Source of the DNA: an uncultured Gammaproteobacteria bacterium
GTDB taxonomy: Bacteria > Patescibacteriota > Microgenomatia > Levybacterales > GWA1-39-11
NCBI GenBank assembly: GCA_964452165.1
Contig: CAYVKP010000005.1
Span: forward strand, 1 to 57,993
Length of the DNA stretch: 57,993 nt
Direction: 5' to 3'
Positions 1-6,405 of the stretch are shown here, piece by piece. A program made the translations under genes and the position numbers. The notes beneath the pieces are model-generated. The model ran no database searches. It saw only the letters and a program-made list of their open reading frames with translations, and was not told where the DNA came from. Within the stretch, counting starts at the first letter, position 1; each line of letters starts with the position of its first letter.

Positions 1-18
1 CCCGCACGGTAAGCGGAT
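1..18 (+). repeat. Block-A intergenic motif, copy 1 (CCCGCACGGTAAGCGGAT), cut by the window edge
   Basis: The same 18-20 nt sequence recurs at 471, 839, 1437 and 2801. Each copy ends 18-24 nt before a start codon. It contains a CCGC-N6-8-GCGG mini-hairpin. Confidence 0.8.
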
Positions 19-41
19 AATCAAGTCCAAGGAGGACTCTG

Positions 42-482
42 GTGAAAAACATCGGCAAATTCATGACCGCCATCATCACGATCACACTGCTCGGCCTCAC
101 CATGGCCTGCGGCAGCAGCGACAAGACGGTCTTCGAATCGGGCAAGCACGAACCCGGCCAAGTCGGCGGGACTCACATATCACTTACCTACCTGGTGGAC
201 GGCGACTACCTGGTGGTCTACACCGATATGGATTTCTTAAGCCGGAGCGCCCTAGAGAAAGGCCTGACCATCAGGTATCTGGATGAGCTCCAAAAACGAG
301 GAATCCCGAACCGGAAGGAGTTCGACAAAGCGGTAGCAGAGCTTGCTGCTGGCGCGTTGACTGTCACGGAGACCACCCCTTTCCGCCACGTCAAGGTGGA
401 GATTCGGTCCGTGGACAAACCAGGTGGAGGTCAGCAGGCCGTTCGCCTGAACACCCAAGCATCTACCACACCCGCACGGTAA
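42..482 (+). CDS. Hypothetical secreted or lipoprotein-like protein (146 aa)
   Basis: GTG start 5 nt after AAGGAGGA (29-36). The N-terminal hydrophobic segment ends in LTMAC, which is lipobox-like. Codon usage is high-GC. The stop TAA (480-482) lies inside motif copy 2. Confidence 0.75.
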   Translation: MKNIGKFMTAIITITLLGLTMACGSSDKTVFESGKHEPGQVGGTHISLTYLVDGDYLVVYTDMDFLSRSALEKGLTIRYLDELQKRGIPNRKEFDKAVAELAAGALTVTETTPFRHVKVEIRSVDKPGGGQQAVRLNTQASTTPAR

Positions 483-488
483 GCGGAT
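471..488 (+). repeat. Block-A intergenic motif, copy 2
   Basis: CCCGCACGGTAAGCGGAT, identical to copy 1. It ends 23 nt before the ATG at 512. Confidence 0.85.
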
Positions 489-511
489 AGTTCAGTCACA
501 GGAGGAGACTG

Positions 512-838
512 ATGCTCTATAAGCTAACCCATCCTGAGCCCATTCTGGACGTAATCTCGCTCGGCTTTCAAGTCGTGCAAGGTCGTCCGTCAGGCGAACT
601 GGGCAAGCTCAAGATGGGCAACTGTTATGGCGCGCTGATCGTGACCTACCCCGCGCCTCACAAGCGCTCCTACGAGCTCTGGGTTGTGCCTGGACCGGAC
701 TCGCACAAGGATCTTCCTCACCTACTGGAGCTGCACGCCCGCGACCACCGCATCAACGGCATCTGGGACATAAGCAGCATCACGTTCGAAGAGGCCAAGA
801 AGAAGCAGGAGGCGCTCGACAGCACCTTCGCACCCTGA
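512..838 (+). CDS. Hypothetical protein (108 aa)
   Basis: ATG preceded by GGAGGAG (501-507). Sits in a same-strand array of tightly spaced high-GC ORFs. No domain recognised. Confidence 0.7.
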   Translation: MLYKLTHPEPILDVISLGFQVVQGRPSGELGKLKMGNCYGALIVTYPAPHKRSYELWVVPGPDSHKDLPHLLELHARDHRINGIWDISSITFEEAKKKQEALDSTFAP

Positions 839-856
839 CCCCGCACGGTAGCGGAT
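839..856 (+). repeat. Block-A intergenic motif, copy 3
   Basis: CCCCGCACGGTAGCGGAT starts directly after the stop at 836-838 and ends 18 nt before the ATG at 875. Confidence 0.85.
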
Positions 857-874
857 TAGTAAAGGAGGCCAGAA

Positions 875-1432
875 ATGGCTAACAACACGGGCAGGAGGAG
901 TTCGCCCATCACGGCTATCGTCGCGCTCCTTGCGCTCATCGTCCTCGGCCTGGCTGTGGGAATCACCTACTACTCGTCTCGCGACGCAAAGCCGAGTGCC
1001 AAGGTGGTCAAAGCCGTCAACTCCTCAGACATCAGCTTCGGGCCGACACCCAGCGCAGGGGAATGTCTGGATCGGTTCGAACGGAGTAAGGTTCAAGTCG
1101 GCGACACAATACGGGTTAAGACTCAGGGGAAGAACCCGGAGTACGTCGATCTCAGGACCGGTTCAACCGTCGTGGATGTCATACCGTTTTTCCTCTTGGG
1201 AATCGGTGATCGACCAAGCGGCGTAAACCTCGACAGAGAGAGCCTACCCGCAGGAGCTCAGGCGCGCGTGATACACGTCCAGTGTCGCGACGCGGAGGCA
1301 CACCTCATTCTGCTCTACCAGATCAAAGATCTGTGTGGGCTCAAAAACCCCACCAGGGTCCTTGAGTACTTCGGCGAAGAACCGATCCAGCAGGAGTTCA
1401 ATCGCTCTTATGGGGTAGACCCCTGCAGCTAA
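875..1432 (+). CDS. Membrane-anchored Cys-containing protein, paralog of 1475..2113 (185 aa)
   Basis: AAAGGAGG SD. N-terminal TM segment (ITAIVALLALIVLGLAVGITYY). Shares blocks with the next ORF, including GDTIRV, E.VD.RTG, V.C...H..L.Y..D.C and F..YGV..C near the C-terminus. Confidence 0.8.
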   Translation: MANNTGRRSSPITAIVALLALIVLGLAVGITYYSSRDAKPSAKVVKAVNSSDISFGPTPSAGECLDRFERSKVQVGDTIRVKTQGKNPEYVDLRTGSTVVDVIPFFLLGIGDRPSGVNLDRESLPAGAQARVIHVQCRDAEAHLILLYQIKDLCGLKNPTRVLEYFGEEPIQQEFNRSYGVDPCS

Positions 1433-1436
1433 ACGA

Positions 1437-1456
1437 CCCCGCATGGTAAAGCGGCT
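1437..1456 (+). repeat. Block-A intergenic motif, copy 4 (variant CCCCGCATGGTAAAGCGGCT)
   Basis: Lies 4 nt after the stop at 1432 and ends 18 nt before the ATG at 1475. Followed by TAGTAAAGGAGG, as in copy 3. Confidence 0.8.
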
Positions 1457-1474
1457 TAGTAAAGGAGGACTGAA

Positions 1475-2113
1475 ATGACTAAGGACAACATCATAAGGGG
1501 TGGCCGGATCGGGCTCCTGGTTGCAATCCTGCTAATCGTGGGTCTCGTGATCCGCGGAGGCAACCGGGAAACCAGGCCTAACACAACCCTGGAGACCACC
1601 CCCTCGGGTACTGTGACCGTCACGCTGACGGGCTCAGTCAACCCCGCAGCTCTCAAGGCCGCGGAGGACACCAGGAGGGTCGGCATCGCGGGCGACAAGG
1701 ATGACACCTCTTGCTGGAGCTCTGACCAGCTCAAGCAGGCTCCACAGCGCGGTGACACTATGCGCGTTACGTCCGTGATGACCTACGATACGCCTGGCGA
1801 GCTGGTCGACACAAGGACTGGCGTCGTCGCCAAGTTCAATGAGACCGGATCGCCTGGCTTCGTGCCTCTGTTGGGTTCGGGCAAGTTCCTGGCTATCCAA
1901 ATTCAGGGACCGTCCATTCCGGTCGGCCTCGAGCTCAAGGTAGCGGAAGTATCCTGTCAGGCTTACGTGAACGAGAGGCACCCTACGGTGACTCTGGTCT
2001 ACGATTTCGTCGACTACTGCCGCGATAAGCCGAGGATCACGAACGTGGTCAACCCATCCCAGACCGCCGGCGGGGCTTTCAGGGAGCGCTTCGGCGTCAA
2101 CCTCTGCGCCTAA
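1475..2113 (+). CDS. Membrane-anchored Cys-containing protein, paralog of 875..1432 (212 aa)
   Basis: AAAGGAGG SD. N-terminal TM segment (IGLLVAILLIVGLVI). Conserved Cys pattern shared with 875..1432. Confidence 0.8.
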   Translation: MTKDNIIRGGRIGLLVAILLIVGLVIRGGNRETRPNTTLETTPSGTVTVTLTGSVNPAALKAAEDTRRVGIAGDKDDTSCWSSDQLKQAPQRGDTMRVTSVMTYDTPGELVDTRTGVVAKFNETGSPGFVPLLGSGKFLAIQIQGPSIPVGLELKVAEVSCQAYVNERHPTVTLVYDFVDYCRDKPRITNVVNPSQTAGGAFRERFGVNLCA

Positions 2114-2234
2114 GCTGGCATGAAGCAAAGGTAAGCTGATACCTTTAAGCATGGAGCTTCAGCAGGTGCGTGCAGCATCTTAAGCCAACGCACTGCACGA
2201 AACGGCAGGCACGCATTCAGTCAGGAGGCCAGAA

Positions 2235-2786
2235 ATGGCAATCGCAACACAGGCTTTGGCAGGACAGAACCACACGATGAAGATCTCCCTCCCCTGGAGG
2301 AAGATTGCCATCGCCATCGTGGGACTGACCATGCTCGGTGCCGGCGCCTTCTTCCTGCACACGATCGGCAGCAAGAACGCTCAGATCACGCTTCTTGAGA
2401 AGAACCAGGCTCACACTGTGGAGGCACCCTACCGGCCGTTCTTCACGTTTATGACCAAGGGCGAGATCTACACGAATCCGATCTACGTCATGCCTGGTGA
2501 TACAACTGAGCCTGTCAGATTCGATTCGACGGACTTCGTGGTCCTTCGGGTTCGTCCGGACCCTACGGTGGAGAACGCTCTCGCCGGCGGATACATGGTC
2601 AACATCGGCCTAACCCAGCACTACCAATGGGATGGAGGACTCGCACCCACCACCGAGGCACAAATCGCCGAGGAGTACCAGCGCGTCTGCCTGACATACG
2701 GCATGTGCAACTGGATCGAGGCCGAAGCCGTTGGAAGAGAGGTCATCAAGACCCCGATCGGCCGGCGCGACGACCTACTGAAGTAG
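2235..2786 (+). CDS. Hypothetical membrane-anchored protein (183 aa)
   Basis: The SD and start context GGAGGCCAGAAATGGC is identical to that of 875. TM segment IAIAIVGLTMLGAGAFFL. Confidence 0.75.
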   Translation: MAIATQALAGQNHTMKISLPWRKIAIAIVGLTMLGAGAFFLHTIGSKNAQITLLEKNQAHTVEAPYRPFFTFMTKGEIYTNPIYVMPGDTTEPVRFDSTDFVVLRVRPDPTVENALAGGYMVNIGLTQHYQWDGGLAPTTEAQIAEEYQRVCLTYGMCNWIEAEAVGREVIKTPIGRRDDLLK

Positions 2787-2800
2787 CGCAAGCTACACGA

Positions 2801-2820
2801 CCCCGCACGGTAGAGCGGAT
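2801..2820 (+). repeat. Block-A intergenic motif, copy 5 (CCCCGCACGGTAGAGCGGAT)
   Basis: Ends 24 nt before the ATG at 2845. Preceded by a GTAGC-GCAA-GCTAC tetraloop hairpin at 2783-2796. Confidence 0.8.
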
Positions 2821-2844
2821 ATTCAGATCGGGAGGAAAACGATC

Positions 2845-3234
2845 ATGATGAAGCAAGCGGAAATCCTGGTTTACGTCGGCGAAAAGGACTTCGCCTCGCT
2901 CTCGGACCGCAAGCGCGACGAACTCCGGGCAGAGTTCGCTCAGATGGCCGCCTTCTTCTGGGACGCACAGTTCACGGATATCGAGGTGGAGCTTCAGCTT
3001 CACCCTATCCTCAGGACAGGAGAGCTGCCAGAACACGGCTTCCGCGCTGAGCTGCGCTATGACCCACTCTTCAACCGGGTCCTCGACGAAGGGGCAACCG
3101 ACCCCAAGTACGCCGGGAAACGGGAACAGCCGAGCCTGAAGACGCAGCTTGAGGAACGCCTCAACCAGCTCTTCCCTCGGGAGGACCGCCCGTACCACAG
3201 GGATAACCGCGTGGTGGTACGCGTCCTCGACTAG
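2845..3234 (+). CDS. Hypothetical acidic protein (129 aa)
   Basis: GGGAGG SD. High-GC ORF and the last gene before the composition drops. Confidence 0.7.
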   Translation: MMKQAEILVYVGEKDFASLSDRKRDELRAEFAQMAAFFWDAQFTDIEVELQLHPILRTGELPEHGFRAELRYDPLFNRVLDEGATDPKYAGKREQPSLKTQLEERLNQLFPREDRPYHRDNRVVVRVLD

Positions 3235-3678
3235 GCCAGCCACAAGCCGGCCAAGGCAAGCTATTGCCGCTCAATTAAGAGCAAATAGTAGGATTGCAGA
3301 ATCCTTCAAGCCCTGAGGCTAACGCCGAATGGGGGAAAATCCTCTGCAAACGCTGATGAGCGTAACTCATTAAGGTTCCATTGTAGGAAACCTTGGCTTC
3401 ATCTGAGGCTAAAAAGCTCTGCTTGTCGGAGAAAATACACGCGGTAGACGCTTCTATCAAACATGAACTGTCTTGGAAGACATAACCGGTCCCGGAGAGG
3501 AAAAAATACTAGCTATTTTGCTATGTACTATTTCTCTCCGGGCCGACACACTTCTCCTACTATGTGGGATCAGTGCAGGCACATTACGAGACTACAATTA
3601 ACGAAAACAACAAATTGACAATTTAATGTGTGAATTAGTTAATTTTGTTAATTGTTGCCAGGGCTAGCCTTGGCTGGC
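3235..3678. other. Non-coding, hairpin-rich element closed by imperfect inverted repeats (candidate structured RNA or non-autonomous element)
   Basis: The left arm 3235-3278 (GCCAGCC..AAGGCAAGC..CAATTAA) is complementary to the right arm 3647-3678 (TTAATTG..GCTAGCCTT GGCTGGC). Internal hairpins include 3290-3305, 3372-3395 (AAGGTTCC/GGAACCTT) and CCCGGAGAG/CTCTCCGGG at about 3501-3545. I see no credible ORF. Confidence 0.5.
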
Positions 3679-3952
3679 AGGAAGCTGCCTACGAGTGAAT
3701 TTATTGCAAAGGAGGACAGGACCTTTGTTTATTTTGAGCTCGTGGGTAGCTTTCTGCCTTTTTTCATGCCCAAAATGGGTCAAAAACGGCCCAAATTGAC
3801 GTTTTTACCCCTCCACTCTCTCTTACACAACTCTTACGCTTAGCCCTATAATAATGACGTATAAAGGTGCTAGGATACTCTATCTGGCTACAGGTCTTGC
3901 CAACTGTCAATTACTACTTGCCGATCATCAATTATTGAGCGGCCTATAGGAC

Positions 3953-3981
3953 TTGACAAATGCTTAACCATATGCTAGAAT
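3953..3981 (+). promoter_or_regulatory. Sigma70-like promoter (TTGACA-N17-TAGAAT)
   Basis: The consensus-like -35 and -10 boxes lie 19 nt upstream of the ATG at 4001. Confidence 0.5.
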
Positions 3982-4000
3982 TCCAAAATCTCATAAAAAT

Positions 4001-4690
4001 ATGAAGAAATTATTTGCTATTGCAGCAGCCACATTAATTGCACTAACAACCGCAAGTGCCGCCTACGCAGGTGGAACTTCAAATTGCCAAATAATCTACG
4101 GTGGAGGACAAGTTTGCCAAAAGAATCTTAAATTCACAATCAACAAATTAGTCCAAAAACCTGGAAAAGGTGGAGGAGATTTTGTTGAGAACCTTACTAT
4201 AAATGACCCACGTTTTGCTCCGGGTCAATCTGTTCAATTTAAAATCGTTGTTGAAAACACAGGCGATACTGACATCACAAATCTTAACGTAGTTGATACA
4301 TTCCCACAATTTGTAACCTTCATGTCCGGTGTTGGAAACGCATCTGCCGGAAACACACAAGATACATTTGTTGTTGGAAGCTTGCCAAAAGGAAAGAAAG
4401 CAGAATTTGTAATTACTGCTAAAATTGCTGACGCAGCAAATCTTCCTTCAGACCAAACTATAACTTGTGTCACTAACAATGTTGTTGCAACAGCACAAGA
4501 CGGATCACAGGGATCTGATAATGCACAACTTTGTATTGAAAAGCCAATAGTTAATGTCCAACCTACACCTCAAATTCTTGAGAAACCATTTGTTAAAAAC
4601 ATTCCTTCAACAGGACCTGAAACCGACGTCCTCTTTGGACTAGTCTCAACAGGCGCACTCGGATACTTTCTCAAGAGAAAAGTAAGCTAA
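4001..4690 (+). CDS. Surface protein with a DUF11-type repeat domain and an LPXTG-like (IPSTG) C-terminal sorting signal
   Basis: Signal peptide MKKLFAIAAATLIALTTASAAYA. The segment GQSVQFKIVVENTGDTDITNLNVVDTFP resembles the conserved repeat domain. The C-terminus has IPSTGPE, then a hydrophobic stretch, then KRKVS. Confidence 0.75.
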   Translation: MKKLFAIAAATLIALTTASAAYAGGTSNCQIIYGGGQVCQKNLKFTINKLVQKPGKGGGDFVENLTINDPRFAPGQSVQFKIVVENTGDTDITNLNVVDTFPQFVTFMSGVGNASAGNTQDTFVVGSLPKGKKAEFVITAKIADAANLPSDQTITCVTNNVVATAQDGSQGSDNAQLCIEKPIVNVQPTPQILEKPFVKNIPSTGPETDVLFGLVSTGALGYFLKRKVS

Positions 4691-5186
4691 ACCCCTTCTT
4701 TAAGGCAGGAGGGAGCAGTTTCAAGCAGTTTCAAATTTCCTCAAAATACTTCCAAATAATTTTTAGTCTTGAAACCACTCTCCCCGACCTTAATTCGGCC
4801 ATGCAAATTTTTTGTGTGTGTCCGTTTTGTTAGGGACGGCTTTATTTCTAATTTTAAACAAAAATTCGAACTCGATTTTAAAAGCATAAGTCGAGAGAGA
4901 TATTTTTGCGAGAAATTAGTTGTTCATTAACAAAGGTATACGAGAAAAATTACTTGTCCACGTAATCCGCTTAATTCGGCGAAAGTCGAACAAAAGGGTG
5001 AGGGACATTTAATATTCCAATAGGTAAACTCCGTCTAAAAAACGGAGATATTACGATGTTATAACGCAAGTTATGACATAGAATTTATCAAACCGATTTT
5101 AAGAATCGGTAATTTGCGTAATTATAGTAATTACGTTGTTTTTATTACAATCTTCTGAACCTAACCTACATATATATAGACTTTAG

Positions 5187-5243
5187 TAGTCGAGATCCGC
5201 GTACCATGGTATGAAACTGCACATGGTGCGCGAGCCTCGACTA
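5187..5243. other. Long imperfect hairpin at the left edge of high-GC block B
   Basis: 5187-5194 (TAGTCGAG) pairs with 5236-5243. 5198-5208 pairs with 5222-5232 with one G-T wobble. The loop is 13 nt. Confidence 0.6.
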
Positions 5244-5286
5244 TTATTGTTCGATTGGTAAGTAGATTTAAGGAAGGAAGAAAGAA

Positions 5287-5490
5287 ATGTCTCACGACAT
5301 CAAGCTCGCGTTTGCGATCTGGCTCATCTTGGTAGCGTTAATTGCTCTGGGAATCTATCTCGTTACTGGGATAATCCCTCTGCTTACAACAACTATCTTG
5401 ATAGTCGGTTCCGCCATCGCTTGGTTTGTGGCCTCGATTCTATCGGCCGGCATCATTAACGCCGCCCGGAGGATCTTCTGGCATAAGTAG
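5287..5490 (+). CDS. Small multi-TM membrane protein (67 aa)
   Basis: Purine-rich AAGGAAGGAAG lies upstream. Two or three hydrophobic helices. High-GC codon usage. Confidence 0.65.
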   Translation: MSHDIKLAFAIWLILVALIALGIYLVTGIIPLLTTTILIVGSAIAWFVASILSAGIINAARRIFWHK

Positions 5491-5535
5491 CCTTCTCAGG
5501 AGTGAGAAACCTGGGATTGTAAAGAGGAGGTCTCA

Positions 5536-5790
5536 ATGGCAAACCGCACTGTCAAATCGACCAAGGCTCAGCGAGACGCAAAGGTGGCCGAACTCAAGGA
5601 AAGTGGCACTATCACCCTCATGGATGATGGCGACTACGACTTGATGAAAGCCGTCATAAGCGCCGCAAAGCCCGGTAACTGGATCTTCTTCCAGACAGCA
5701 CGTTGTGTCAAACCGACAAAGCGTGAGGTCAGCAAGAAGGGGATCAAGGTCGGCTTGGCCGGAGTTTGCACTCCATTCGTAGCGGCTTAG
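5536..5790 (+). CDS. Hypothetical protein (84 aa)
   Basis: AGAGGAGG SD 6 nt upstream of the ATG. Confidence 0.65.
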   Translation: MANRTVKSTKAQRDAKVAELKESGTITLMDDGDYDLMKAVISAAKPGNWIFFQTARCVKPTKREVSKKGIKVGLAGVCTPFVAA

Positions 5791-5880
5791 TCCAACACCC
5801 TGAAAGGAGGTGAGCTGAACTACAAAAAAGTGGTAGGATCAGGCAAGGATTGCCTTAGTTAGGTTTCGTAAGGAGGAACC

Positions 5881-5991
5881 ATGATCGCTATCAAGCCCCG
5901 TCACCTTTTGGCCTCGCAAGTCATGAAGCGCCCCGAAAAGCGCTGGCAGGACGAGCGGCCCAACAGGAAGCGCGGCACCAAGAAGCGCTGA
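5881..5991 (+). CDS. Tiny, highly basic protein (36 aa; below the ORF-track cutoff)
   Basis: TAAGGAGG SD. Hand translation: MIAIKPRHLLASQVMKRPEKRWQDERPNRKRGTKKR. Its stop overlaps the next start (ATGA-type overlap). Confidence 0.5.
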   Translation: MIAIKPRHLLASQVMKRPEKRWQDERPNRKRGTKKR

Positions 5992-6098
5992 TGCGGTTCA
6001 TTCGCAACAACGCCATCTATGCGTACGCGGTAGTCATGATCCTGATTTTTCTCGCGATCATCGTGGGAGGAGTCGGCAAGGCCTGCGGCGCATTCTGA
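5991..6098 (+). CDS. Tiny single-TM protein (35 aa)
   Basis: Start overlaps the previous stop. Hand translation: MRFIRNNAIYAYAVVMILIFLAIIVGGVGKACGAF. Confidence 0.45.
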   Translation: MRFIRNNAIYAYAVVMILIFLAIIVGGVGKACGAF

Positions 6099-6111
6099 AA
6101 CAGGAGGACAG

Positions 6112-6264
6112 ATGGCTAAAGAGCCAAAAATCCGTTCGCCTGACAGCGGCTGGGAGTTCGTCATCAAAAAAGGGCGAATGGCTCCCAAGAAGAAGCGGCC
6201 ACATCCGCAGAAACATCGGAAATGGAAGCAAATCCCGGCCCGCAAGGACAGGACCATAAAGTAG
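6112..6264 (+). CDS. Tiny, highly basic protein (50 aa)
   Basis: CAGGAGGACAG then ATG. Hand translation: MAKEPKIRSPDSGWEFVIKKGRMAPKKKRPHPQKHRKWKQIPARKDRTIK. Confidence 0.5.
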   Translation: MAKEPKIRSPDSGWEFVIKKGRMAPKKKRPHPQKHRKWKQIPARKDRTIK

Positions 6265-6405
6265 CTACCAAGGAGGCAGAATGAAATTGATGGTCTAGCG
6301 GAAGTAGTGCTAGTCTGATGAAAATCGGATAGGAATGAAGCACCCACTGCTTTCGCGATATAAAACTCAAGCTTCACGTTTACGGTTAGTCTTCGGAGGA
6401 AGACA

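Noticed and set aside
1634-2152. Long antisense track ORFs inside the high-GC blocks, for example 1634..2152(-), 2746..3243(-), 6478..7104(-), 7863..8498(-), 15916..16434(+) and 17385..17801(+).
   Set aside because: High GC suppresses stop codons in all frames. These ORFs lack SD sites, overlap better-supported ORFs and encode Arg/Pro/Gly-rich junk-like sequences.
3346-3375. A CTGATGAG word suggesting a hammerhead ribozyme core.
   Set aside because: The word is simply the 5' arm of a local hairpin (TGATGAG/CTCATTA). No GAAA or stem III arrangement follows.
3652-3843. Track ORFs in the AT-rich gap: 3652..3843(+) and 3275..3460(-).
   Set aside because: They have no promoter or SD context and overlap the inverted-repeat element and its hairpins. 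Their composition is atypical for coding sequence.
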